In this document: piece by piece, positions 17,707 to 29,300 of the stretch | Numbering within the stretch: the first letter of the stretch is position 1 | Layout: the number at the start of each line of letters is the position of its first letter | Source: Bdellovibrionales bacterium | GTDB taxonomy: Bacteria > Bdellovibrionota > UBA1018 > CAIMNF01 | Assembly (NCBI GenBank): GCA_018266375.1 | Contig: JAFEAO010000001.1 | Location: 6,800-70,799 of the forward strand | Direction of reading: 5' to 3' | Length of the DNA: 64,000 bases | Translations under genes and position numbers: made by a program | Notes under the pieces: generated by a model | What the model saw: the letters and a program-made list of their open reading frames with translations, nothing else | What the model was told of the DNA's origin: nothing | The model's database searches: none

Positions 17707-18635
17707 AAACCATCATCTTGACCGGCCCGACCGCTGTCGGTAAATCGAGTCTTGCGATTGAAATCGCCGAGAAGCTCGCGCCGCGAGTTCGAGTCGAAAT
17801 CATCAACGCCGATTCGGTCTGCTTTTACCGCGAGTTCAATATCGGTTCGGCAAAGCCTACTCCTCAGGAACTCGAGCGAGTTCCGCACCATTTGATCGAC
17901 GTCGCGGATCCGACCGATCACTATCACGCCGGCAAATTTCTTAAGGACTGCGAAAATAAGATGGCGGAGATCCGTGCTCGGGGAGCAGTACCTCTGATCG
18001 TGGGGGGTAGCGGGTTTTACCTCAAATCGCTCCGTCATGGATTATGGAAAGCTCCTCCGACTTCACCCGAGCTCCGCGCTCAGATGGAAGCCATCGAGAC
18101 CGACAAATTATTCGAGAAGCTTATCGCCCGCGATGCGGATCACGCAAAAAAGATCGGCCCGAACGACCGTTATCGAGTGATTCGAGCCCTCGAGATTATC
18201 GAACTGAGTGGCAATCTCCCGAGCGAGCTCGAATCGCAAATGGACAAAGAACCGGACCCGCGATTTTTACTTTGGGTTTTGGAGCGCGACAAAGCCGAAC
18301 TGCAAACCCGTATTCGCGAGCGCGTTCAAATGATGATCGCCCAGGGATGGATCGACGAAACGATTCGGTTGCGCGATTTGTATCCAACATCAAAAACCTT
18401 GCATGCGGTTGGGTATCAACAAGTTCTCGACTTTTTAAATGGCGTGGAACCTGAGGGGCGTAAGACCGAGCCAGGAATTCCAGGTCTGATCGATGAAATT
18501 GATTTAGCTCACCGTCAGCTCGCCAAAACTCAGCGCACATGGCTAAAGGGCCTAAAACCCGATCGCACCTTCGTTCTACCTGGCGACTCAAGTCAGGTCT
18601 TTGACGAGTTCTCGACAATTTCGTCAGGGGCCTGA
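17685..18635 (+). CDS. miaA: tRNA dimethylallyltransferase
   Basis: IILTGPTAVGKSSLAIEIA P-loop, 316 aa. It overlaps the mutL 3' end by 22 nt. Confidence 0.8.
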   Translation: MVPAQSLKTIILTGPTAVGKSSLAIEIAEKLAPRVRVEIINADSVCFYREFNIGSAKPTPQELERVPHHLIDVADPTDHYHAGKFLKDCENKMAEIRARGAVPLIVGGSGFYLKSLRHGLWKAPPTSPELRAQMEAIETDKLFEKLIARDADHAKKIGPNDRYRVIRALEIIELSGNLPSELESQMDKEPDPRFLLWVLERDKAELQTRIRERVQMMIAQGWIDETIRLRDLYPTSKTLHAVGYQQVLDFLNGVEPEGRKTEPGIPGLIDEIDLAHRQLAKTQRTWLKGLKPDRTFVLPGDSSQVFDEFSTISSGA

Positions 18636-18675
18636 CACGATATCAAAATAATCATGAAACAACCTTTATTCGCCG

Positions 18676-19452
18676 ATGAGAATGCGTATGAAGGTGAAAT
18701 CAAAAACCATTTTCCGCATTCCGAAAATTCATCCCGCACTCGCGGTGTGCTTCGCTCTTTGCAGTTTGAGCGCGCACGCGGATGAATTAAAAATTCTTTC
18801 CAACATTCCGGACTCGAGTGTCTTCGAAGTGAAGAGCGCTCCAGGTTCGAATGCTCCTTCTACAAACGCGGACGAAGAAGAAAAAACATTGCTGGGCAAA
18901 ACACCTCATACCATCAGCGATGCGAGTTCTTCAGACGTGCGCGTGATCAAAGTCGAAAAGCCGGGCTACACACCGGTCTATCTTCCGCTCTTCGGGCATT
19001 TCCGCGGCATAACCGTCATCCGTGTCTCCATGAAAAAAATCACCGACTGGATGCCGGAAGACTCCCAGAAAAAATCACAGGATCTCGCCGAGAGAATCGT
19101 CGACGAAATTTTTGCCGTACAAACCTTGCTCGATGCCAAACAGAGCAAGCAGGCGCTCGGGCTAGCTGAAACCCTTCATGCCAAGTACCCGGGCAGCGTC
19201 GCCGCGAACCTCGTCTACGCAAACGCACTTCTTTTAAACGGTGATTTCGGTCGCGCGCGTGGAATGTACATCGGAGCACTCGATCAAATTCCGGATTCGC
19301 GCAAGCAACTAAAAACTACACTCGCGCGAGTTCTCACCAAGCTGTCGGGACAAAAGCCGGTACCGGATGCGTTGGGTACGGCTGCGACTGCGCGAATGCC
19401 GGCATCCACCGTGCTTAAACCCGGCGTCCGCAAGAAAGGAGCGAAGAAATGA
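18676..19452 (+). CDS. Secreted protein with a PEGA-like beta-sandwich motif and a TPR-like helical region (258 aa)
   Basis: Signal peptide ...ALAVCFALCSLSAHA. VRVIKVEKPGYTPVYLPL resembles the PEGA domain. The C-terminal helical segment is ...HAKYPGSVAANLVYANALLLNGDFGRARGMYIGA.... Its stop overlaps the motA-like start (ATGA). Confidence 0.45.
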   Translation: MRMRMKVKSKTIFRIPKIHPALAVCFALCSLSAHADELKILSNIPDSSVFEVKSAPGSNAPSTNADEEEKTLLGKTPHTISDASSSDVRVIKVEKPGYTPVYLPLFGHFRGITVIRVSMKKITDWMPEDSQKKSQDLAERIVDEIFAVQTLLDAKQSKQALGLAETLHAKYPGSVAANLVYANALLLNGDFGRARGMYIGALDQIPDSRKQLKTTLARVLTKLSGQKPVPDALGTAATARMPASTVLKPGVRKKGAKK

Positions 19453-20180
19453 TCACCGTCATCTTAGGGATATTCTTCTCGGCATTCATCATCGTCGCAA
19501 GCTTCCTGCATTCCAAGGCCACGCTCCAAACTTTCTTGAACCCTGAGGGCCTGTTGATCGTGCTCGGCGGCACCTTCTCGATTTTTTTGATGACCGCTCA
19601 CTTCAAGGACGTCAAGCGCCTCACTCGCCTCATCTGGTTCATGGTGTTCAAGAAATCAAGTCGCAAAAAAGATGTGAAGCGGATCTTGAGCGAATGTACC
19701 GAGACCATCGAACGCGGTCGGATGCCTTCCGAAACCGGCCACGAATTCCTGGACCGTGCGCTCACCTGGCTCGGAGCCGGGCTTAAGGGCGAGGCGCTCG
19801 ACAAACTCCTCATCGACGGAGCCAAGCTTGAGATGGAGCGCAACCAACAAGCGATCCAGGTTATTTCAAACCTGGGTAAATACCCGCCCGCGCTCGGGAT
19901 GATCGGGACCGTATTCGGGATCATCGCGATTTTCTCGGGTCTAGGAATAGCTGAAGGGCAGAAGCACCTCGGAGTCAACCTCGCGTTCGCCATGACCGCG
20001 ACTCTTTACGGTTTGATCACATCGAACTTTATTATTACCCCGCTTGCGGAGTTTCTTTCGCAGATCGCCCAACACGACGAGCTCGAGTTATCGATGGTCG
20101 TTGAGACGGTCAAACTCTGGAGCGAAAAGGAAAGTCAGTTCTTTGTCGAAGAGCATCTGGAGCTATACGATGCTTCTTGA
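19449..20180 (+). CDS. MotA/PomA-family 4-TM proton-channel stator protein (243 aa)
   Basis: Four predicted TM segments with a long cytoplasmic loop between TM2 and TM3. Conserved C-terminal channel motifs ...PPALGMIGTVFGIIAIF... and ...AFAMTATLYGLITSNFIITPLAEF.... Confidence 0.7.
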   Translation: MITVILGIFFSAFIIVASFLHSKATLQTFLNPEGLLIVLGGTFSIFLMTAHFKDVKRLTRLIWFMVFKKSSRKKDVKRILSECTETIERGRMPSETGHEFLDRALTWLGAGLKGEALDKLLIDGAKLEMERNQQAIQVISNLGKYPPALGMIGTVFGIIAIFSGLGIAEGQKHLGVNLAFAMTATLYGLITSNFIITPLAEFLSQIAQHDELELSMVVETVKLWSEKESQFFVEEHLELYDAS

Positions 20181-20874
20181 ACGTAAAAAGCGTCATCGCC
20201 AGCACAACGAAGGATCTTGGGCGGTCAGTTATGTCGATATGCTCACTCTCCTTCTTTGTTTTTTCATCATCTTCTTCAATCAAAAGACGATCACCGGCGA
20301 TGACGACAACAGCGTTCTCAAAAAAGTCATGATGTCGATGAACCAGAACAGCCCTGCCCCTGCCGGCAGCGAAAGCGGTGGTGCTAATGGTACTGCCAAT
20401 CAAAAACAAAACGCCGATGTTAAAGAAACCAGCAACATGCTCGAACAGCTCAAAATCGCTTTCGACAAAAAAATCCCGGCTAAGATCAACGCTAACGCAA
20501 AATCGCTTGAAATCGAATACGACGACGTTTCGTTCTTCGATTCGGGTTCGACCAAGATTACTAAAGAAGGCCTCGAGTCCATCGATAAAATGATTCAAGT
20601 GCTCTATCCGTTCCATACGGCGCTTAAGATCACCGTTCAAGGCCATACCGACCCATCCAAAGTCCGCGGTAAACACAATCAGTTCACGGACAACTGGGAG
20701 TTGAGCGTGCTCCGCGCGACGTCGGTGTTGAAAATATTCTTGAAGTCCGGATTTGAACAGCAGTCTCTGTCGGCCGAGGGCTTCGCGGATACGCTCGTCA
20801 GAGAGCCTTCCGCCGAGAATCTCTCCAAGTACCGGAACATTACCCTTAGAATCGAACCGAAGGTGAACCCATGA
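20170..20874 (+). CDS. MotB-family stator protein with C-terminal OmpA-like peptidoglycan-binding domain (234 aa)
   Basis: N-terminal ...GSWAVSYVDMLTLLLCFFIIFF plug/TM region typical of MotB. The C-terminal ...ITVQGHTDPSKV...NWELSVLRATSVLKIF is an OmpA_C-like motif. It overlaps the motA-like 3' end. Confidence 0.7.
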   Translation: MLLERKKRHRQHNEGSWAVSYVDMLTLLLCFFIIFFNQKTITGDDDNSVLKKVMMSMNQNSPAPAGSESGGANGTANQKQNADVKETSNMLEQLKIAFDKKIPAKINANAKSLEIEYDDVSFFDSGSTKITKEGLESIDKMIQVLYPFHTALKITVQGHTDPSKVRGKHNQFTDNWELSVLRATSVLKIFLKSGFEQQSLSAEGFADTLVREPSAENLSKYRNITLRIEPKVNP

Positions 20875-22577
20875 ACTATCGATGCACGACTCTCACGATG
20901 TTGGCTCTACTGATGGCATCCATGATGCCGCAAAAGCAAGCGCAAGCCGCACCGGCCGACGAGCTGCTGGTCAATTCGTACCTTAACGAGCAAGCCGCGC
21001 GCCGGATGGAGCAGATCGTTCCGAAGGGCGAGTACACCATTCACGTCAACGCCATCCTTCGCAAAGCAGACAGCGAAGAGCACATCACTCTCCCTTTTGC
21101 GAGCACTCCGATCACGATGTCCGACGTCGTTGGCAAAGCCGGCGGATTGAATATCGAATCGCTCCTCGGGCGTATTCATCACTACGAAATCGATCTCTCG
21201 CTCACAAAAAACGTTCCGAACTCGGTCAAGGCTATGATGCAAAGTGCGCTTTATCAGCAATTTGCTCTGAAACCCGCGCGCGGAGATAGGCTTAACATAA
21301 TCGACCTTCCGGCGGAGTTCGAGCTACCTTGGATTTACGCTAATCAAGAGGCAAAAACGCGCGACAAAGAAAAGGATAAAGCTGCGTCAAGCGAAACCGA
21401 AGTTACTATGCCTTCCATGCAGTCCATCATCATGGTCGTCGGAGCGGTCGCATTCGCGATTATTCTTCTCGGCATCATCATCAGCTTCGTTTTCAGCCGT
21501 CACTCTAGCCGGATTTCCGAGTCTCTCCGGGAAGCGGCCGATCAAGTTCAAAGCATCGGTCCGACCAATAGCCCGATGGGAGCTTCGGCTCAGACCGCTG
21601 CTCAGGCTGAGAAAATGGAAACCGCGTCTTCGAGCGCGTTCTCGTCTCAAACGAGCCAAGAGTTTTGGGAATCGGTTCCGCCTGCCGCAATCGCGGCTTT
21701 CTGCGTGGACACCGGCGAGTCCAAAATTTACCGCGCGATCCCAGGCCAGCTCCTGAGCGTCGAGCTTCCGAACACTCTCGCCGATCAAGTCAAGACGCTC
21801 CTCCCTCAGGTGTTTTCCGAGCTTCACTTTGACGAGACTCAGGCACTGGTCGACACGGGCACGCTCCGCTCGGTGTTCAAAAAATATCAATCCGACTACA
21901 AAAAACTCGCACAAAACGAACTTGGCGCCGCTCTTCTCAGAATCGGTGTGAAGCAAGTGATGAAAAAGGTGGCGGAGAAAAAAGAAAGCGACACGCTTTT
22001 GATCATGACTCAGTTGACACCGGTTCGTAAAAACGACGTCATCCGTCAGCTTCCGACCGCGATGAAAGTCAAAATCGCCAAACTCACCCTCTCCGTCCGC
22101 CAAAGTCCGGATTGGAGCACACAAGAGAAAGCGATGGTCGAAGAATTTAAAACGATTCGTCCAAAGTTCGATCTCGATGCAGCCGGTGCGATCGAGATGA
22201 TTTCAAAATCACTTCTACAAGCCTCATCGTTCGAAGAAGACGAGCTTCTTTATCAAGAAGCTCAGAATAACCCGAACTTCCCTTACGTGAGTGCTCTCGA
22301 GGCCCTTGATGCGCTGGAATCCATCGAGTGGGAATCGATGAATTTGCAGGAAGTGGCGTTTGCGTTCTTCGGCTACTCGGAGAACGTCGTTGAGAGCGTC
22401 AAAGCAAAGTTCGCGGGTAAAAAACTCGAGTGGTTGCAGAGCTTTCTTAAAAAAGCCGTTCAGCAAAGCTACCTCTTCGATCAAGCCGAGATTCAAAATG
22501 CCCAGCACAACGTAAAAGAACGAGTCAAAGCCAAGAGAAACGTCGGAGCATCGGAGTCTTCCGCGAATGCATCGTAA
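20871..22577 (+). CDS. Bitopic membrane protein (568 aa): signal peptide, ~150-aa periplasmic domain, one TM, ~360-aa cytoplasmic helical domain
   Basis: MNYRCTTLTMLALLMASMMPQKQAQA signal, then TM IIMVVGAVAFAIILLGIIISFVF. The cytoplasmic part is helical with weak FliG-C/MgtE-N-like character (...LTPVRKNDVIRQLPTAMKVKIAKL...). Its ATG overlaps the motB-like stop (ATGA). Confidence 0.45.
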   Translation: MNYRCTTLTMLALLMASMMPQKQAQAAPADELLVNSYLNEQAARRMEQIVPKGEYTIHVNAILRKADSEEHITLPFASTPITMSDVVGKAGGLNIESLLGRIHHYEIDLSLTKNVPNSVKAMMQSALYQQFALKPARGDRLNIIDLPAEFELPWIYANQEAKTRDKEKDKAASSETEVTMPSMQSIIMVVGAVAFAIILLGIIISFVFSRHSSRISESLREAADQVQSIGPTNSPMGASAQTAAQAEKMETASSSAFSSQTSQEFWESVPPAAIAAFCVDTGESKIYRAIPGQLLSVELPNTLADQVKTLLPQVFSELHFDETQALVDTGTLRSVFKKYQSDYKKLAQNELGAALLRIGVKQVMKKVAEKKESDTLLIMTQLTPVRKNDVIRQLPTAMKVKIAKLTLSVRQSPDWSTQEKAMVEEFKTIRPKFDLDAAGAIEMISKSLLQASSFEEDELLYQEAQNNPNFPYVSALEALDALESIEWESMNLQEVAFAFFGYSENVVESVKAKFAGKKLEWLQSFLKKAVQQSYLFDQAEIQNAQHNVKERVKAKRNVGASESSANAS

Positions 22578-23133
22578 GATCTGGGGGGTTGCTGCATTAT
22601 GCAGTTTCCTTCTCGGGGTTTCGACATGGAGTGCCGAGCCGGAGTATCGTAGTTCGGTCGAAATTTTTGTCGGCGGATACTCGCTTCAGTCTTCGAGCGG
22701 CGCCGCTACCGCGATCGGATCGCTACTCGTTAACTACGGGTACAATATCGACAAGCATTTCAGAGCCGGGTTTGCCTATCAAAACATTCTTTCCAGCTCA
22801 ACCGGCCTGGGCTCGTCGGTCTCAGGTTTCGATCTATCCGGGCAATATTGCTTTTTTTCTTGCGTGACCTTGCGGACCGACGCAGCCGCTGTCGCCATCG
22901 TGCAAGAGCACGCTAAATTTGGTTTGGCAGCCGGATTCGGCCTCTCTCAACGCAGCTTTCAACTCGCGACTCAATCTGTCGGTTTTGCCGGGCCAATGTT
23001 TAAAGCGACAGGAAATTACTTTTGGAAAGATCAGATCAAGCTCCTCCTCGGCGTTCAATATTCCAGTCTGGTAAATGGATCAAACTCGCTTAAGTTTATA
23101 ACGTACTCCGTAGGTTTGGGAGTCGATTGGTAG
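22567..23133 (+). CDS. Small outer-membrane beta-barrel protein (188 aa)
   Basis: Signal peptide MHRKIWGVAALCSFLLGVSTWSA, amphipathic beta-strand pattern, and a C-terminal ...GLGVDW aromatic terminus. Confidence 0.5.
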   Translation: MHRKIWGVAALCSFLLGVSTWSAEPEYRSSVEIFVGGYSLQSSSGAATAIGSLLVNYGYNIDKHFRAGFAYQNILSSSTGLGSSVSGFDLSGQYCFFSCVTLRTDAAAVAIVQEHAKFGLAAGFGLSQRSFQLATQSVGFAGPMFKATGNYFWKDQIKLLLGVQYSSLVNGSNSLKFITYSVGLGVDW

Positions 23134-23324
23134 GCCAGAATTAATTCTGCCTCAAAATCCCATAAATGACTTTGATTGCAATCTTTAAATTCAGGTCAAC
23201 ACTGACACACCTGACATTGTTAAATTTCTATTAGATAATAAAAAGAATTATCAGGGGGAATGTCGGTGCCGTGCGGAGCAACCTTTTTTAATCCTTTCCG
23301 CTAATTATGCCGATAAAGAATTGA

Positions 23325-26300
23325 ATGAGAGTACTCTCAGCCATTGCCATTATCATTCTCTCCGGCTGCTCCGGTGTCTCTAACCAAGACATGGGCAATC
23401 TCATCGGCGTTTCGGTCACCGGTAACAATCAACCTACTTCCACCCCGACCGGCATCACTCTCAACATCGTGGGCGGTAATAATCAAACCAGCGCACCAGG
23501 TACGACCTTCACCGATCCGCTTCGCGTGCAACTTCTCGATGACGGCGTTCCGCAGGCAAACAAAAACGTAAACTTCACGGTGACCAACGGCATGGGTATT
23601 TCGTTCAGCGCCTCTGGCGGCGTGACCGACGCCTCCGGCATGGTGCAAACCTATGTCACCGCTTCGAACGCGGGCAACATTACCATTCGTGCGTCTTACC
23701 TCTCTTACGGCGCGGACTTCTCGCTTTCGGTCACCAACCAAAGCAACGCCACTCTTACAAAGATTTCGGGCGACTCACAAACCGCAACGGTCGGCACGGT
23801 CCTCTCACAACCGTTGATCGTTGAAACGCGTGATTCTGGAACCGGCTCACCGCTCTCGAATATTCTCGTGCGTTTTACCGTTTCAGGCGGGAACGGACGC
23901 TTGAACTCCGCTTCAAGCAGTATGACCGTGGCAAGTGATGGTACAGGCCGTGCGTCGGTAAACTTCGAAGTGGGTACGCTTGCCGGTGCAAACACCGTGG
24001 TTGCATCCATCGTGAGCGTCCCTGCTCAAAACACTACTTTTAGCTCGACCGGTACCGTTCCTACCAACAGTGTCATCAACTTCGCACAAAGTACGGTGAC
24101 CGCCGCAACAGGCACGCTTGTCGCCGACGGATCTCAAACGACGACTCTCACCCTTACGACTCGCGATGTATACGGCAACACGATTCCAAGCGGCGGCAAA
24201 ACAGTTGCATTTACCGTGAATACCGGAACACTCCTTGGCTCAGTGAACGATCTAGGCAACGGGACCTACACCCAAATCGTGCGCGCGCCGGTCGCAATGC
24301 CGCCCAATGCGATTAGCGCAAGCGGTACGGTAAACGGAAGCGCTCTCACCAGTACTGCAGCAAACATTTCTCTCCTCTCCGGTTCGATCAGCTTAACGAA
24401 CTCAACCATCACCAGCGCTGCAAGCTCGATGGTGGCCGATGGCATCGCTACCGTACTTGTCACGGTGACGCTTAAAGACTCTCTCGGAAACCAACTCAGC
24501 ACCGGCGGACAAAACGTGGTTCTCACCTCGAGCATGGGCACCTTGATCGGCTCGGTGACCGACGTCGGAAACGGAACCTACACTCAGACATTAAAATCGT
24601 CGAGCTCGACCGGCACTGCAATCGTGTCCGCCACTGTCGGTGGATCGCCGCTCAGCACCTCCAAAAGTATTGCTTTCGTGGCCGGACCGCCGGACGCCAC
24701 CAAAGCGGTGATCGTCGCGAACCCGACTTCATTGCCGCCAAACGGTTCTTCAGCAAGCGTGATCACCGTTCAACTTCGTGACGCCAACAACAATCCATGC
24801 ACCAATGCCACTGGACATACCGTCACCTTGACTAAATCCACGGGTGGAACTTGGATGGGCTCAGGTACCAACGTTGTCGCAGCAACGGACAACGCCGACG
24901 GAACATATTCGGCGATCCTCATCGCCGCAGCAACTCTTGGCAATAGCACGATCACCGGGACCGACAACGCCGCCGTTCTCTCTAAAACGGCAACCGTCTA
25001 CTTTACTAACGGTGCTTACGGTCCGGATGTCAGCAATTCAACCATTCAGGTCATCGGCTCTAACCCGACTGCTGCGGATGGCGTGAGTACTGTTGTCGTT
25101 AAAGTCAGCTTGCGTGATTCTTTCAACAGTCCAATTTTGACGGGCGGGTCGGCCGTCACGATTACTACAAATTCGGGAACGCTTCTGGGTTCGGTCACCG
25201 ACAACGGCGACGGCACTTATCAGCAAACGCTCCGCGCGCCAAGCTCGGCTGCAATCGCTACTGTCGGCGCGAGCGTCGACGGCAACACATTAGTTCGCAC
25301 GGCGAACGTCAGCTTCTATGGTTCGATCAGTTTAACGACTTCAACGATCACCGCCGCTCCGGGATCGATCGTCGCGAACGGAACTTCAACGACCGTACTC
25401 TATCTCAATGCCAAGGATTCAAACGGCACCGAGATTCCGGTTGGAGGTGAAGCCACGATCGTCTTCGGCACTACCGGAGGGACCTTGGTCGGATCCGTTA
25501 CGGATAACGGCAACGGAACTTACTCGCAGGTTTTACGCTCAGCCGCTTCCGCGCTCACCGCAAGTGTTGGCGCAACTCGTTCAGGAGTTCCATTTTCCAA
25601 TACCGTGAACGTCGAATTCTACACTGCCAACAACCGGGCTGGTTTGACGATCGACTGCTCGAACATCGCGACTTATCAAAACACCACGCTACTCGTCGAC
25701 AACGGTACCCTCACGATGAACTCGACCGGTTCGGCCGGCACTTGCCCCTCGTCATTTACTTTTAACGGCATCATTCTCCAAAACAACGCCATCCTCACCC
25801 ACACCGCTGCTACGACGACTCAGGAGTATGGACTCGAGTTGACCGCAAATTACATTACGATCGACGCGACCAGCACGATCGATGTTTCGGCAAAAGGTTA
25901 TCCATTTTCGCCAACTAACAACATGATCCGTACGCAAGGCAACACCGATGTGAGTTCGGGTGCAAGTATGCAGGTCGGCGGCTCGTATGGCGGACAAGGT
26001 GCTTCGAGCAGCGGCGCCGGAACCAACGTCAACCTCACCTACGGTAGCATCTTCGAGCCTTTCGATCTCGGATCGAGCGGAGGACGCTACTCCACTCATC
26101 AATCCGGTTCGGGCGGCGGCAAGGTAAAACTCACCGTTACCGGTCCTTCGGGTATTCTGAACTCCGGATCCATCAAAGCCGAAGGCGGCAAAGTCCCGAA
26201 CACCCAGCTCAGCGGAGCCGGAAGCGGCGGCAGCATCTGGATCAATACCACCAAACTTGCCGGCACCGGCACGATCAACGCCAACGGAGCTGGAACGAAC

Positions 26301-29300
26301 TTCGACGGAACCCTTCGCTACGCGGGCAGTGGCGGGCGGATCGCGATCTATTACGGCGATTTCAGCGATTTAACAAATAACTTCTCGTATCCGACGAACG
26401 CGCTCGCAAATATCACTGCACGAGGCGGGATCGGTGTCGGCAGCTGCGCCGCCGGCGCAGGCACCGTCTATCTGAAGTCGACCGCGCAGACCTACGGTGA
26501 TTTGATCATCGACAACAAAGGTGTCGCGACTTGCACTTCAACGAATGGAACCATCATTAATCAACCTGCAATTCCTACGAACGAAGCCATTACCGCTACT
26601 ACCCTCACCCGCACAAACTCCTTCGGTGACAGCTACAATACCGCCGCATCTCCATATAAAGGCTGGTACGTCGATCCGAATACCACTCAAAACGCGACTC
26701 CGAAAAAATCGGACAATAGTCTTTTCAAAATTACGGGCGCAACCGCGAGCGTCCTCACCACAACCGGCGGCAATATGACTTCGGTCGCGACTGTAGCTGA
26801 CCCGGCAGAGTTAGTATTGGTTTTTGACAATTTCGAACAAGGTGACAAAACTCAAATTTCTGTGGGAAACTTGCGTATCCTCTCCTACGGCGGAGACTTG
26901 CGTTCAACTGACAATATTACCGTTACGCTCACAGATGCCCTTCCACCTAAAGGCATTGAATTTGTCGGAGCCCAAAACATTACTTTCAACCTAAATTCGT
27001 GGACTTTGCCATCATTTTTAAATGAAGACTTTGGAACCGCGAGTTTGACAGTTTCAGGAGGAAACTTTAACTTCGGAACAATTAACGCTAGAAACTTCAT
27101 TGCATCCGCTGCAAATTTGTTCGGCACTAAATTGCGAATAGCGGGAAACGTTAGCTTGAGTTCTGTAAACGCAACTTTTAACCAGCTTAAAGGAAACTTT
27201 GCAATTCAAGCCGACGGGGCGATTGAATTTTTAAATGCTACTACAATCACACAAACAGCTACCACATCTACGGTTGAACATTCCCTGGAAATCTTCGGCT
27301 CAAGTATAAATTTAGCCACTGGCTGCACATTATCTGCAAGAGGTAAAGGCTACCCCTCAGTAGTCGCTACTAAAAATCGTGTTTTTGGAAATGTGGATGC
27401 GACCGTGTCCTGGACAGGAGCTGCAGCCACGGGCGCCGGAGGCACCCATGGAGGTCGAGGAGGCGCTCAAGGAACCACATATTATCCAGCGGAAGTTTGG
27501 GGAAATTATCGTGATCCTTACACATCAGGAGGGAGCGGCGGGACCTCAAATGGATCTTCGGGACCCGGTGGCGGCATTATTCGAATCAGCACATCAGGTG
27601 CGGGGCCAATTACGATTTCCGGAACAGTAGACGCCCGAGCGACAGACGTAAATGCCGACAATGGGGCTGGAGGAAGCATTTATTTGAATGGGGGGCTCGT
27701 AACCGGCTCAGGAACACTCGACGCACGGGGGGGGACGAATTCCGGTGGAATGAACTACATGGGAGGAGGAGGAGGACGAATTGCAGTATATTACACTTCA
27801 TTAGGTGGAAATTTCACTTACCCTACAAACGCGATCGCAAATATTAAAGCCTGGGGTGGCACCTCAAATGCGAATACTTCTTACTGGGCCGCTGCAGGAA
27901 CAATATTTATGAAGGCTTCATCTGAGAACTATGGACGGCTGATTGTGAATAATAATAATAGCCCATTAGTTGATTCGAGCGGGCGCCGAACTGTCATCAA
28001 TTTTCCGGCCATAGTATCCAGTTCGGGATTGGTTTACGATTCCGGCACAGACACAACAACATTGACGTCCGTCGGTACCTTCAATGAACGTTATGGCCCT
28101 TCAAATGCGTATATTGGCATGTATCTTAATCCGAATACTGCCCAAAATGCCACAACAGCAATTCAGGATGATGCTTTATTTCCAATTATCGGCCAAACTG
28201 CGAACACGTTGATCGCACAAGGAAACGCAACAAGCGTGGGAACTTCTGGAAACATTTTTCAGCTTAATTCAAAACTGGATGAACTAAGAGTAATTGGAAA
28301 AGGAATTTTAGAAATCAATAACGGTGTGATCCTAACTAATAACCTTGTCGTGATCAATGGGCAAATCGGCGGCACAGGATCAGTCGAAGTCGCTCAACCT
28401 TCTTTGTCGGATTTAACCCTCACTCCAAATGGCGGGACAGTTCGGCTAAACGGCCTCAGCAATATTGGCATACTGAATTTGCTACCCGGTACTTACATTG
28501 TTCCATCGGGTGGGACGATTTCCACCAACGGCAATTTAACTATGTCTGGCGCAACGATCTCGGGATCAAATATCAATTATAATGTGATAGGCGACTTCAC
28601 AGCCACTTCATCGACTCTCGGGACAATTGGAACCATCACGACAACGGGAGATATGAATCTTACTTCGACAACGGGTACGGCCAATGGAAACATCTCGATC
28701 GGGGGGGCGTCGGTCCTAAGCGGAGCAACTCTGGCCCAGACTACGGGTAATTTCAGTGTCGGGACCAATCTCACGGTAGGACCAGTCAGTACACTCACCC
28801 AATCACAATACAACGCGACACTCACTGTGCCCGGCAATTTTTTCATCACCACAAACTCATCTGTTACAGCAAATTATCCTACTATCGCCGGAAACCTGAG
28901 TGTAGACCAAGTTTCAACTCTCTCTAGCGGCAATGCCGTACTGACTCCATTTACGACCTACAACACTGTTTCAAATTTAAACGTGACCGGAGATACCACC
29001 GTTACAAATGGTTCTACAATTTATTCAAACGTTACAAATTCGACGACTGAGTACTACCTCTATTTAACGACTACAAACTTAAATATTGATAATACCTCGT
29101 CCATCAGCGCAGACAACCGCGGCTATCGAAACGTCGTCTACAGAACATTCAGAAGTCTCGGAAACACCGACTACCTCCCAATGAACAGCGCAGGAACAGG
29201 CTACCTAACTACTTCTGAAACGGCGTCCGCAGGAGCTTATGGCGGTGCTGGTGGCGGCGCCGGCGGGCCTCATCGATCCAATCGCCCTTATGGTTCGTTT

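Noticed and set aside
21387-22124. 245-aa antisense ORF within the 568-aa membrane protein gene
   Set aside because: Arg-rich with no start context. The sense gene is operon-coupled to motB by an ATGA overlap.
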